A stretch of DNA of 64,000 bases from assembly GCA_021823325.1 (NCBI GenBank), contig JAKAOG010000002.1:72651-136650 (forward strand), read 5' to 3'. The position numbers were made by a program, and so were the translations under genes. The notes under the pieces were generated by a model that had not been told where the DNA came from, did not search any database, and worked only from the letters and a program-made list of their open reading frames with translations. Position 1 is the stretch's first letter; each line of letters starts with the position of its first letter. Of this stretch, positions 26,506-36,046 are shown one piece after another. This DNA comes from an archaeon (lineage in GTDB: Archaea; Thermoproteota; Nitrososphaeria; Nitrososphaerales; Gagatemarchaeaceae).

Positions 26506-28332
26506 ATGGTACACCGTATCGCCGTGGTCGAGACCGACCTTTGTCAGAGCAAGAAGTGCGGGCTCGAGTGCATCAAGGAGTGCCCGGTCAACATCAACGG
26601 CCAGGAGTGCATAACCCTCCCCGGGAGCAAGATCGCTCTCGTGTCAGAGGAGCTCTGCATCGGGTGCGGCATCTGCGTCAAGGTCTGCCCCTTCGACGCC
26701 ATAGACATACTGAACCTCAGCGAGGAGCTGAAGAGCGACAAGATCCACCAGTACGGGGTAAACTCGTTCCGGGTGTTCCGCATCCCCACCGTCAGGAAGG
26801 GCCAGGTGGTGGGGCTGGTCGGGAGGAACGGCATCGGCAAGTCCACCACCCTCAAGATACTCGCCGGTCAGCTCGTCCCTAACCTGGGGGACTACGAGAC
26901 GCAGCCGACGTGGGACAGGTTCATCCAGTACCTGAGCGGACGCGAGATGAAGGAGCACTTCGAAAGGATAGCCGACGGAGAGCTGAGGGTGTCGCTCAAG
27001 CCCCAGGCGGTGTACAAGCTCCCCGAGGCGTGGAAGAAGGAGACGCGGCTCCTTCTCCGGCAGATGGACGAGACGGGGAGGATGGAGGAGGTGGTGGGCA
27101 CCCTCAACCTGAAGGAGACCCTCGACAAGAAGGTCCCGGACCTCAGCGGGGGGGAGCTGCAGAGGGTCGCGGTCGCGGCGGCGGCCCTGAAGGAGGCGGA
27201 CCTCTACCTCTTCGACGAGCCCTCGTCATACAACGACGTCTTCCAGAGGCTCGCGGTCTCGAAGCTCATCGGAGACATAGCCGAGAGAGGCAAGTCCGTC
27301 CTGGTGGTCGAGCACGACATCGCTTTCCTTGACTACGTTACCGACTACGTCCAGATAATCTACGGGGAGCCGGGAGCATACGGGATAGTCTCGGGGCTCT
27401 ACTCTTCGAGGACGGGCATCAACTCCCTCCTCGACGGCTACCTCCCGCAGGAGAACGTCAGGTTCAGGGACCACGCGGTGACGTTCGGCCAGAGGGCGGC
27501 CGGAGAGACCGTGGAGAGCGAAGATGTGGTGGCGAAGTACAGCGGGCTCGCAAAGTCGTTCAAGTCGTTCAAGCTCACGGCCGAGGGGGGCCAGATCAAC
27601 GCGGGGACGATCCTCGGGGTGGTGGGCGCCAACGCGCTCGGGAAGACCACGTTCCTGAAGATGCTGGCCGGGGAGGAGAAGCCGACGAAGGGGACGGTCC
27701 ACGTCGACGCCAAGGTCGCGTACAAGCCGCAGTACCTCAGCTCTGACTTCGACGGTACGGTGGACGAGTTCTTCATGTCGACGCTCGGGAACAAGTACGG
27801 CGACCCCATCCTGCAGGACAACCTGGTCGTCCCGCTCAGGCTGGAGAAGCTCCTCGCCAGGAAGGTCGGGGAGCTGAGCGGTGGCGAGCTCCAAAAGGTG
27901 GCCATAGTCGCGACGATGGCCCAGGAGACAGAGGTCTACGCCCTGGACGAGCCGTCGGCGTTCCTGGACGTGGAGGACAGGTTCGTGGTAGCCAGGGCGA
28001 TCAACAGGATGGTGAAAACCCGGGGGAAGGCCGCAGTCGTCATCGACCACGACCTGCAGGTGGTCGACATAGTCTCGGACAGGCTACTCGTCTTCACGGG
28101 GGAGCCCGGCGTCTCCGGGGAGGCGACGTCCCCTCTCACGAAGGAGGACGGGATGAACGAGTTCCTGAAGAAGGTCGGGCTGACGTACAGGAGGGACGTG
28201 AACACGGGGAGGCCCAGGGTGAACAAGCCCGGGAGCAAGCTCGACAGGGAGCAGAAAGAGAAGGGGGACTACTACTACGTCCCGGTAGAGGCCGCCCCCG
28301 AACAGCCCCCCGACGACGAGCCGAAGAGATAG
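26506..28332 (+). CDS. abce1: ABCE1 (RNase L inhibitor-type ribosome recycling factor)
   Basis: N-terminal 4Fe-4S ferredoxin cysteines (CIKECPV, CIGCGICVKVCPF) plus two ABC cassettes (GRNGIGKST, GANALGKTT). Confidence 0.95.
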   Translation: MVHRIAVVETDLCQSKKCGLECIKECPVNINGQECITLPGSKIALVSEELCIGCGICVKVCPFDAIDILNLSEELKSDKIHQYGVNSFRVFRIPTVRKGQVVGLVGRNGIGKSTTLKILAGQLVPNLGDYETQPTWDRFIQYLSGREMKEHFERIADGELRVSLKPQAVYKLPEAWKKETRLLLRQMDETGRMEEVVGTLNLKETLDKKVPDLSGGELQRVAVAAAALKEADLYLFDEPSSYNDVFQRLAVSKLIGDIAERGKSVLVVEHDIAFLDYVTDYVQIIYGEPGAYGIVSGLYSSRTGINSLLDGYLPQENVRFRDHAVTFGQRAAGETVESEDVVAKYSGLAKSFKSFKLTAEGGQINAGTILGVVGANALGKTTFLKMLAGEEKPTKGTVHVDAKVAYKPQYLSSDFDGTVDEFFMSTLGNKYGDPILQDNLVVPLRLEKLLARKVGELSGGELQKVAIVATMAQETEVYALDEPSAFLDVEDRFVVARAINRMVKTRGKAAVVIDHDLQVVDIVSDRLLVFTGEPGVSGEATSPLTKEDGMNEFLKKVGLTYRRDVNTGRPRVNKPGSKLDREQKEKGDYYYVPVEAAPEQPPDDEPKR

Positions 28333-28384
28333 CGGCGTTTACATCGTAGCAAGGCCGGGCGCCTTAGCGTGGCGGTGAGAGCGG

Positions 28385-29212
28385 TTGCCGCGGCTGATTA
28401 GGTCCGCCCTGGCGAGGGCAGGGGTCGCAGACCCCGAAAGGGTCTCGTCCGGCGTAGACGTGGTAGGAGACATAGCCATCGTGAGGCTTGACGGATTCTC
28501 GCAGAAGGAGAAGAGGAAGATAGGAGAGGCGCTCATCGCGGAGATGAAGACGGTGAAGGTCGTCATGGAGCAGGAGGGCGGGATAGGCGGGGAGTACAGG
28601 CTCCGCACCCTCAAGCACGTCGCCGGGGAGAAGAGGACGCTCACCACCCACAGGGAGAACGGGTGCTCCTTCAAGGTCGACGTGGTGAAGACGTACTTCT
28701 CACCGAGGCTCTCCACAGAGAGGCTCAGGGTAGCCGGAGAGGTCGGGTCGGGGGAGAGGGTGCTCAACATGTTCGCAGGGGTGGGACCGTTCTCGATCGT
28801 CATAGCGAAGCTGGCCGGAGCGAGGGTGACGAGCTGCGAGCTGAACGCCTACGCCGCCAGGCTCCACGAAGAGAACGACAGGGTGAACAAGGTCCAGGGG
28901 CTGGTCGACGTGGTCAACGCCGACGCGGCTGAGCTCCCGTCGCTCGTCAAGGCGAAGTTCGACCGCGTGCTCATGCCGCACCCTTCCGAGGCGGACAGGT
29001 TCCTCCCGGCTGCGCTGGAGCTCGCAAAGAAACGCGGGAGGCTGGTCTACTACAGGCATGTGCTCGGCTCCGACGAGGGTGAAGCGGCCGAAGAGCTGCG
29101 AAAGGAGCTGAAGCGGCTGCTCCCGACAGGCTCGAAGGCTTCGCTGCGACGGGTGAGGGACGTGGGGCCGAGGTGGATCGAGATGGCCGCCGAGATCAGG
29201 CTCCCCGTCTAG
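28385..29212 (+). CDS. trm5: Trm5/Taw22-type tRNA (m1G37) methyltransferase
   Basis: VLNMFAGVGPFSIVIAK SAM motif and Met-10+ like layout. Confidence 0.7.
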   Translation: MPRLIRSALARAGVADPERVSSGVDVVGDIAIVRLDGFSQKEKRKIGEALIAEMKTVKVVMEQEGGIGGEYRLRTLKHVAGEKRTLTTHRENGCSFKVDVVKTYFSPRLSTERLRVAGEVGSGERVLNMFAGVGPFSIVIAKLAGARVTSCELNAYAARLHEENDRVNKVQGLVDVVNADAAELPSLVKAKFDRVLMPHPSEADRFLPAALELAKKRGRLVYYRHVLGSDEGEAAEELRKELKRLLPTGSKASLRRVRDVGPRWIEMAAEIRLPV

Positions 29213-30564
29213 AACGGAAGGCTCTGGCTGTACCTGTACAGGTGGGCTATGACCCCGAAGGTCACCAGGACCGCCCCGCTGTCGAAGAGCGTCATGTTCT
29301 TGAGGCCACTTGAAATCGCCTCCGCTGCGAGGCCGTTGATGGCGACCTGAGCGAGGATGAGGACGACGAACAGGATGTACACCCACTTTCTCGACAGGAT
29401 GGGTCCCATGGGGGCGGCCGCCTTCCTGACCCCCTCCTTCTGCTTGATGTATCTGAGGAACGCGTAGGTCCCGATGAAGCACAGCGCGGTCACCACGAGC
29501 ATCGAGGCGAAGTATGACGCCGGGTCTACGTAGAGCCTCTGCAGAGTCGTGAGGCTGGTGTTGGGGTTGACATAGAAGCCCCACGCGGTGGTGACGAGCA
29601 CCTGGGCGATGGTGGTTATGCCGAGGGCGGTGAAGAAGGGCCTGTCCTTCCAGTTCAGCTTCTTGGAGGTGTCGACGAACGGGACGACTATGGCCATCAG
29701 GAAGAACAGCGCAGGTATGAGGCCGCCCATGACGAACTTGTCGAAGAAGGTTCGGAGCAGCGCGTAGATCCCCACGAGATACCACTCGGGGATCGTCAGC
29801 TGTGGGTTGCTGGGGCTGTATGGGACGTTCAGAGCCACCGGGAAGATGGCTGCGACGAGCAGGAGCCCCCCGACCACCGTCGAGATGACAGGGAGGTCGA
29901 ACACCAGGTATCTCGGGAAGTGGATAAACACCAGTATCAGCATTATCATAGGCAAGACGAAGACGTGATAGGCGTAGAGCCTGAGGATGAAGTCGGTGAA
30001 CCCGGACCCGAAGACGGCAAGGCGCAGGTTTCCTCCGATGACAGGCGAAGCGTTCGCCAGCGACGCCCCTATCTCTATGGCGAGGCCGGCCCTCTGATTG
30101 AACAGCAGGTCATAGCCGCTGAACGCCTCCAGCCCCGTGATGATCCCGAGGATGACCCCGGTCACCCAGAGGATCTCGTTCTTGATCTTGAACCTGCCGC
30201 TGAAGTACTGATAATAGAGGTGCAGGATGGCGAGCAGGACCATCGCGTTGGAAGCGGTGTAGTGTATGTTCCTGAGCATGTACCCGAAAGGCACGGAGTT
30301 GTTGATGTTCTGGACGCTGTTGAAGGCGCAGGTGATGCTCCCGCAGCCGTTGAGGGTGGGCTGATAGTAGATCATCAGGAACCCTCCTGTGACCCCGAGG
30401 ACCAGGAACGTGATCCCCGTCAGGACCCCCAGGTACCCAAGCGGGCTGACGAAGCGCCTCGGGTACGTGTACTGGATCCCCATCCAGACCGTCCTGGCGA
30501 GGCCGTCGTAGATCCAGCGGTAGAGCCTCGAGAGGACGCCCTTCCGCTCAGGCGCCTGGGTCAA
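29209..30564 (-). CDS. Cytochrome b (fused b6/subunit IV-like) of a complex III-type module
   Basis: Paired heme-ligand histidines (NIHYTASN...ILHLYYQ and YAYHVFVLP...VFIHF). 451 aa, multi-TM. Confidence 0.85.
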   Translation of the reverse strand: MTQAPERKGVLSRLYRWIYDGLARTVWMGIQYTYPRRFVSPLGYLGVLTGITFLVLGVTGGFLMIYYQPTLNGCGSITCAFNSVQNINNSVPFGYMLRNIHYTASNAMVLLAILHLYYQYFSGRFKIKNEILWVTGVILGIITGLEAFSGYDLLFNQRAGLAIEIGASLANASPVIGGNLRLAVFGSGFTDFILRLYAYHVFVLPMIMLILVFIHFPRYLVFDLPVISTVVGGLLLVAAIFPVALNVPYSPSNPQLTIPEWYLVGIYALLRTFFDKFVMGGLIPALFFLMAIVVPFVDTSKKLNWKDRPFFTALGITTIAQVLVTTAWGFYVNPNTSLTTLQRLYVDPASYFASMLVVTALCFIGTYAFLRYIKQKEGVRKAAAPMGPILSRKWVYILFVVLILAQVAINGLAAEAISSGLKNMTLFDSGAVLVTFGVIAHLYRYSQSLPF

Positions 30565-31598
30565 GTTATCGGGACCCCCTCGTCCTTCGGGTCGAGCGGT
30601 ATCTTCGCCGCCGGCAGGATGAAGTTCTGGTAGCTGGCGTAGTCCCTACCGTAGCCGATCGTCCCGTCTGCTTCTATGGGGTCCAAAGAGACGATGTTGG
30701 CGGTCCCGTTGCTCACCGTCGTCTTCGTAGGGTCCGCGTTGGGGAGAAAGATCCAAAGGTCTCCGTTCGCGTCGGCCTGGAGAGTGAGCAGGGGGATGGC
30801 GTTCTGAGGGAACGCCTGAAGGGAGGCCGGTCCCGCGATCGCCTTGCCTCCGTCGACTAGGTTCCCGCTGGCGTCCTTCTGCGGGAGCTGGTAGATGCTC
30901 CCGTGGCAGGGGCATTCGTACTGCATGTGGTTGGACGCTCCTGGCTGGTAACCGTTCTCCGTCGGATCGATGCTCTGTGTGGGGTTGTAGTTGGGGCTGC
31001 ACCAGAGGTGGACGCAGACCTTGCTGTAGGCGACGAAGTCTGACGCCTTCTTGCTGTCCCCTCCCAGCTCCTTCGGGAGCCTGATCAGCTCGAACTTCTG
31101 GAACGTGTCTGGGTTTTCAGCGTCGACGGTGGGGTCTCCGGAGGTAGGGTATGTGATCACCCAATGGTCGTTCGGGGGGAAGGTGACGAGGTCGTTGATG
31201 TTGGCGGTCTGGCCCGCGGCGGCCCCGTACTTGCTCGGGAGGTCGTCGACGACCACCTTTTGCACCAGGGTCTGCTGGGCGGAGCCTGTCCTGATCGTCG
31301 AAGAGAGATACTGTCCCCACGGGACGAACGGGATTATCGAAAGCACGGCGCCCGCGAGGAAAGCGAGCTTGACGAACGTCCTCCTCCCCGAGCTCTGCTG
31401 GGCGGGCTTGGACGGCGGCAAGGGGGGTGGCGCAGACCTCGGCGGCAGCGGAGCGGGCCTGGGCGGAAGGGGCGGAGCTGCGGCCGCCGGCATAGCGGGG
31501 CGCGGCGGGACAGGCGCGGGGGCAACGGGGACGGGCGTCTTCTTCTCCTCTGTAGATGCGGCGTTCTGGGAGGCCTTTTCCTTTGATTCCTCCGCCAT
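30561..31598 (-). CDS. Rieske [2Fe-2S] protein with Tat motif and long Pro/Ala-rich N-terminal extension
   Basis: CVHLWC and CPCHGS cluster boxes. SGRRTFVKLAF twin-arginine motif at about aa 69-80. ATGA overlap with cytochrome b. Confidence 0.85.
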   Translation of the reverse strand: MAEESKEKASQNAASTEEKKTPVPVAPAPVPPRPAMPAAAAPPLPPRPAPLPPRSAPPPLPPSKPAQQSSGRRTFVKLAFLAGAVLSIIPFVPWGQYLSSTIRTGSAQQTLVQKVVVDDLPSKYGAAAGQTANINDLVTFPPNDHWVITYPTSGDPTVDAENPDTFQKFELIRLPKELGGDSKKASDFVAYSKVCVHLWCSPNYNPTQSIDPTENGYQPGASNHMQYECPCHGSIYQLPQKDASGNLVDGGKAIAGPASLQAFPQNAIPLLTLQADANGDLWIFLPNADPTKTTVSNGTANIVSLDPIEADGTIGYGRDYASYQNFILPAAKIPLDPKDEGVPIT

Positions 31599-31681
31599 CA
31601 GATATCCACAGACGGGGGCGCTTGGAGACGTTTTTTAGGGTTCGGTTTCGTTGGATGAATTCCCCCCGCGCCCGAAAATCC

Positions 31682-31687
31682 TTAAAA
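31682..31687 (+). promoter_or_regulatory. TATA-like box for blue copper protein gene
   Basis: CTTAAAACC is centred about 26 nt upstream of TTG 31710. Confidence 0.35.
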
Positions 31688-31709
31688 CCAATCTGGAAAG
31701 AAGCCGGTT

Positions 31710-32651
31710 TTGTCCGATATGAGCGCAAAGGGCTCGACCGCGGTTGGAGTTATAGTCGCCCTGCTTATCATCGGAGCTGTCGGCGTCATCGGGTTCTACC
31801 AGTTCGAAGTCGCGCCGAGCCAGCTGTTGACGATCACCACGACGACGAGCTCGTCGGCAGGAGTCAACTGCCAGACCAGCCCCTCGGAGTGCGTCAACGT
31901 GACAATGATCTCAGGGGCCAGCTCGCCCTACTCTGGATACGCTTCCGGGAGCACTCAGCTCTACGGATACTCCCCCCTGACTCTGACCGTCGTGATAGGG
32001 GTCAACAACACCGTCGTCTTCACGAACCAGGACGTGGCGTTCCACACCGCCACCTCCAACACCGGCGACCCGGCGTCGTTCGACAGCGGGTGCATCAACG
32101 GCCAGGGAGCGACATGTCCCTCGAGCGGGGCAAGCAGCTACCAGTTCACCTTCACCGTGGCTGGGACCTACCTTTACCACTGCGACTATCACCCGTGGAT
32201 GCAGGGGAAGATCATAGTGATCCAGGGCTCAGGCGCGAGCCCGACCCCCAGCGCCGGCTCGACCACGACCTCGGCTGCGAGCAGCTCCGCTTCAGCTTCG
32301 TCGTCCGCCGTGCAGGCGACGATCGTTTCGGGAGCGTCCGTCCCGTACTCGGGCTACAGCTCGGGGAGCACGCAGCTCTATGGTTACAGCCCGGTGAACA
32401 TCACGGTGGTCATCGGGGTCAACAACACCGTGACATGGACGAACATGGACTCCTCATTCCACACCGTGACTTCGGTGAGCGGCGACCCGGCGTCGTTCGA
32501 CAGCGGGTGCCTTAACGGGGTCGGCGCCTCATGCCCTGGGACGTCTGCCGGCAACTCGTTCACCTACACCTTCACCGTCCCTGGCACGTACGTCTACCAC
32601 TGCAGCTATCACCCCTGGATGAGGGGTGAAGTGACAGTGCTTGCCGCCTAG
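31710..32651 (+). CDS. Membrane-anchored blue copper protein with two tandem plastocyanin-like cupredoxin domains
   Basis: N-terminal TM helix and Thr/Ser linkers. Each domain has FHT...C-x2-H-x2-M (YHCDYHPWM and YHCSYHPWM) type 1 Cu ligands. Confidence 0.85.
   Translation: MSDMSAKGSTAVGVIVALLIIGAVGVIGFYQFEVAPSQLLTITTTTSSSAGVNCQTSPSECVNVTMISGASSPYSGYASGSTQLYGYSPLTLTVVIGVNNTVVFTNQDVAFHTATSNTGDPASFDSGCINGQGATCPSSGASSYQFTFTVAGTYLYHCDYHPWMQGKIIVIQGSGASPTPSAGSTTTSAASSSASASSSAVQATIVSGASVPYSGYSSGSTQLYGYSPVNITVVIGVNNTVTWTNMDSSFHTVTSVSGDPASFDSGCLNGVGASCPGTSAGNSFTYTFTVPGTYVYHCSYHPWMRGEVTVLAA
31893..32648 (+). repeat. Intragenic tandem duplication of a roughly 110-aa cupredoxin domain
   Basis: aa 62-172 and aa 201-313 align almost residue for residue (for example STQLYGYSP, VVIGVNNTV, GDPASFDSGC). 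They are separated by a Ser/Thr/Ala linker. Confidence 0.85.
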
Positions 32652-32683
32652 AGCGCAAACGCCACTACCGTACCTCCAGGAGC

Positions 32684-33256
32684 TCAGCTTCGGCCCGCGA
32701 GCGCCGCCCTCGCCAGCAGCTTCGCCAGCCTGACCGGCTCCGGCACAGAACCCTGCAGGGTGAAGGCGTCGAGCACCTTCTTCGCCTCCGGCGTCTCCAG
32801 CCCCGAAGCCCTGATGAACACCCTCTTCCCTGTCTTCAACGCCACCGAGGTCCTCTTGCCGAGCTTCCGGTAGGCGTCCAGCTTCGGTCCCGCCGCGCCA
32901 GGGAAGTGCCTTCTGATCGACTCCTCTATTCCCGACGTCTCCTTGTAGGTCAGGCACACGACCGGGAGCCGCGTCCGCGCCGAAAGGCCGTCCACGTCGA
33001 CTATGTTGTACAGGCTGAGTATCGCCCCGGACACGACTATCACGTTTACGTCGTTCCGTGCGAGACGACGGTATAGAGAGGCGATAGAGCCTGTCGCGTC
33101 GTCGCCCCCCACGCTCGTCCGCCCGAAGGCGACCCCGTCGACGACCAGGTCGCCCCTCATCACGACCCCCGCGAGCACCGACCTCTTCTGGCCGTGCCGG
33201 AAGCTCTCAGCGACCCCCAGGGCCCTGATCCCGGGCTTGCCCAGGTTGACCTTCAA
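32684..33256 (-). CDS. DUF99/UPF0215 (endonuclease V-like fold) protein
   Basis: IRALGVAESF...LAGVVMRGDLVVDGVAF...DDATGSI pattern. Confidence 0.65.
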   Translation of the reverse strand: MKVNLGKPGIRALGVAESFRHGQKRSVLAGVVMRGDLVVDGVAFGRTSVGGDDATGSIASLYRRLARNDVNVIVVSGAILSLYNIVDVDGLSARTRLPVVCLTYKETSGIEESIRRHFPGAAGPKLDAYRKLGKRTSVALKTGKRVFIRASGLETPEAKKVLDAFTLQGSVPEPVRLAKLLARAALAGRS

Positions 33257-33272
33257 CGGCGGGACGGACGGG

Positions 33273-34115
33273 TTAGTACTCTTCGAACCTTCCGGTCTTG
33301 CGAGAGAGGGACTCGAACGCCGAGAAGAGGCTGAATCCCACGATGAGGACCACGAGGCCGTCGAGCGCCTCCCAGCCGAGGACAGGCAGCAGCGCCTGCA
33401 GGGACGCCCCCGAGATGGCCATCCTCACAGCTTCGGTCCCATACGTGAGCGGTATCACCCAGGCGACAGGCTGGAGCCATACGGGGAGCTCCGACACGGG
33501 GAAGTTGACCCCGCTGAGGAGCAGGGTGACGAAGAGGAATATGTTCGCCACTATGAGCGCGGTCCTCATGTATAGCCCTACGGCGCTGATGAGCAGCCCG
33601 AAGCTGATCATCGCGACGCTGGTGAGGATCACCACCAGCGCGACGCCCGCGAAGTCTGCCTGCGCGAAAGAGACGCCGAAGACGGTGCCGGCGTAGAGCA
33701 GCCCCGCGGCGGCTATGAGGGCCGAGAGAAGGACCTGGAACCATGCGCGCCCTATGAACAGGGCCATCCTGTTCGCTGGGGTGACGAGCGTGCTCGGGAG
33801 GGTACCCTGCCACTTGTCTTGGGACGTGATGTTGGCCACGGCGAACACTGCGGAGAACGACATCGACTGCAGCGCGTTCCCGATGACTATGAACTGCGTG
33901 ACCGAGGAAGGGTACTTCAGGTAGACAGAGAGGAAAGCGAAGAACCCGATCTGCGCGATGGGGGTGATGAAGATCTGCATCACCCACATGTCCCAGCTGT
34001 CCCAGATGATCAGCCCCTTGCGGCCGAAGAAGAAGGCGCCCCTGAACACCCTCCAGGCCATCTGCAGCCTCGAGTCTGCGCTCAGGAGCCCGCTCTTCCC
34101 GTCAGTACTCTTCAA
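33273..34115 (-). CDS. ABC-2 type transporter permease
   Basis: 280 aa, 6 TM. 14-nt overlap with the upstream permease gene. Confidence 0.75.
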   Translation of the reverse strand: MKSTDGKSGLLSADSRLQMAWRVFRGAFFFGRKGLIIWDSWDMWVMQIFITPIAQIGFFAFLSVYLKYPSSVTQFIVIGNALQSMSFSAVFAVANITSQDKWQGTLPSTLVTPANRMALFIGRAWFQVLLSALIAAAGLLYAGTVFGVSFAQADFAGVALVVILTSVAMISFGLLISAVGLYMRTALIVANIFLFVTLLLSGVNFPVSELPVWLQPVAWVIPLTYGTEAVRMAISGASLQALLPVLGWEALDGLVVLIVGFSLFSAFESLSRKTGRFEEY

Positions 34116-34944
34116 GGGTCCCCATCTTCTTGGCGTACGCCTCGACCCGTTTGAAAAGGAAGAAGGCCAGCGCGAGATAGGCGAACGTCTCCGCCACCAT
34201 GATGGTCATGTCCACCGTGTAAGTCGTGGGGAGCCCGACGTAGCCCGGTAGCGCGGCGAGCCTGATGGCCTCGATCCCCCAGGTGGGGGCGAGCATGAAC
34301 GCGAACGGGAGATACACCACCGGGAGGAGGATGACCGGGAACATGGTGCCCGTCGCGATGTACACCGGGATTTCCATCGAGTTCGTGATGAACCCGCCCT
34401 TCCTGGAAAGGAGGAGGATGGTCGTCATGAGCAGCCCGAACGCGGAGAGCGACAGGAAGGTCATGATGGACGCGAAGAAGAAGGCGGGGGGGTTGACGAG
34501 GGTGAAGCCGACCCTGAACCAGACCAGCCCGATGACCAGGATGAAGACGGCGTTGAGCACCCCCTGCAGGGTGTTGAAGAGCACCCGCCCTAGGGCGATC
34601 CAGGAGAGAGGGATGGGCGCCGCCAGCGTGGACTCCATCGTCCCGTTCCACCTGTCGAACCCGATGGAGTTCGCCGAGGCATAGATGGTGGTCCCCCACA
34701 TCCCCATCAACCCCGAGCCCAGGACGAGGTAGAGGAGGAACGAGCTCCCCGACGTCTGGCCGCTGAAGAGGAAGAACGCCACCAGCGTGAATATGAACGG
34801 CGCGATGATGTTCGGTATCAGCCACTGGGGGTCGGCGAAGAAGAGCTTGCTGGTGAGGAAGACCGAAGCCCTCAGCACCTGGATCACCCTCCCGACCCGG
34901 CCCTGGGTCTGTTTCCCCGGGGTCAGCTCGTGCATCGTCGCCAC
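34102..34944 (-). CDS. ABC-2 type transporter permease
   Basis: 280 aa, 6 TM, paralogous to the downstream permease. Confidence 0.75.
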   Translation of the reverse strand: MATMHELTPGKQTQGRVGRVIQVLRASVFLTSKLFFADPQWLIPNIIAPFIFTLVAFFLFSGQTSGSSFLLYLVLGSGLMGMWGTTIYASANSIGFDRWNGTMESTLAAPIPLSWIALGRVLFNTLQGVLNAVFILVIGLVWFRVGFTLVNPPAFFFASIMTFLSLSAFGLLMTTILLLSRKGGFITNSMEIPVYIATGTMFPVILLPVVYLPFAFMLAPTWGIEAIRLAALPGYVGLPTTYTVDMTIMVAETFAYLALAFFLFKRVEAYAKKMGTLEEY

Positions 34945-35933
34945 TACTCTTCCACCAGCCTGAGGTACGCGTCCTCGAGGGTCGGCTCCTTTATCGTCCT
35001 GTCGATGATCCTCGCACCAGCGGGAAGCGCCGCGGTGACCTTCGGGAGCAGGTCGGCTCCCAGCGGGGTCTGGACGCGGATGGTCTGCTGCTCGGAGTCG
35101 AGGTCGGCGACGACCCTCACCACGTTCGGAAGCTTCCTCAGGGCTTCCACGTAGTCCATGGTGGCCTCGAATGTCCTGAGCTCTATGACAGAGATGTCCC
35201 TGACCATGTTCTTCAGCTCGGAGGGCGTGTCCAGGGCCACTATCTTCCCCTTGGATATGACAGCGATGCGCTGGCAGAGCTCCTCTGCCTCGAACATGTA
35301 GTGCGTCGTGAGCAGTATCGTCTTCCCCTGGGCCTTCAGGTCTCTGACCATGTTGCGGATGTCGCGGGCGCCTCCGGGGTCGAGGCCGATGGTCGGCTCG
35401 TCCAGGAATATGAGCTCAGGGTCGTGCACGAGCGCCTTCGCTATGTGGAGGCGCTGCTTCATCCCCCTGGAGTACTTCTCCACCTTCTCCTGGGCGCGGT
35501 CAGAAAGGCCGACCACTTCGAGCAGCTCCGGGATCCGTTTTCTCGCGACCGACGAGTCGACCCCGTAGAGGTCCGAGAAATAACGCAAGTTGTCCACCGC
35601 GGAGACCCTGTTGTACAGGCCCCTCTCTCCGCCGAACACTATTCCGATGCGCCTCCTGATTTCATAGAGGTCCTTCCTGACGTCAAGCCCGAGGATCCTC
35701 GCGTCACCCCCCGTCGGCGTGAGCAGGGTGGTCAGGATCTTGATCGTGGTGGTCTTTCCCGCCCCGTTCGGACCGATGAGCCCGAAGAGCTCCCCGTTCG
35801 CCACTTCGAAGTCTATCCCGGAAAGGGCCGAAGTCGTCCTGGCGACCCCTCCGAAGAAGTTGCGCGTGACATACTCCCGAGTGAGCCCCTTGACGCTGAT
35901 CGCGGGTCCAAGAGGTTTTTGCAATTCCTGCAT
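34944..35933 (-). CDS. ABC transporter ATP-binding protein (DrrA-like exporter ATPase)
   Basis: Walker A GPNGAGKTTT, signature YSRGMKQRL, Walker B LIFLDEPT. Confidence 0.9.
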   Translation of the reverse strand: MQELQKPLGPAISVKGLTREYVTRNFFGGVARTTSALSGIDFEVANGELFGLIGPNGAGKTTTIKILTTLLTPTGGDARILGLDVRKDLYEIRRRIGIVFGGERGLYNRVSAVDNLRYFSDLYGVDSSVARKRIPELLEVVGLSDRAQEKVEKYSRGMKQRLHIAKALVHDPELIFLDEPTIGLDPGGARDIRNMVRDLKAQGKTILLTTHYMFEAEELCQRIAVISKGKIVALDTPSELKNMVRDISVIELRTFEATMDYVEALRKLPNVVRVVADLDSEQQTIRVQTPLGADLLPKVTAALPAGARIIDRTIKEPTLEDAYLRLVEE

Positions 35934-36046
35934 GTGCTATGTTTCAAGGTGGCCCGGATGGTATGAAAAGGCTTCTTCAGTGAATCGACGACGAAACGGG
36001 AGTTCCATGAAACTGTCCGTTCTCCTCCGCGGCGTCTACCCTTTTA

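Noticed and set aside
29209-29212. A shared CTAG giving both convergent stop codons (trm5 and cytochrome b), and a 46-nt convergent overlap at 3082-3127.
   Set aside because: This is consistent with general genome compaction. There is no evidence of a regulatory role.
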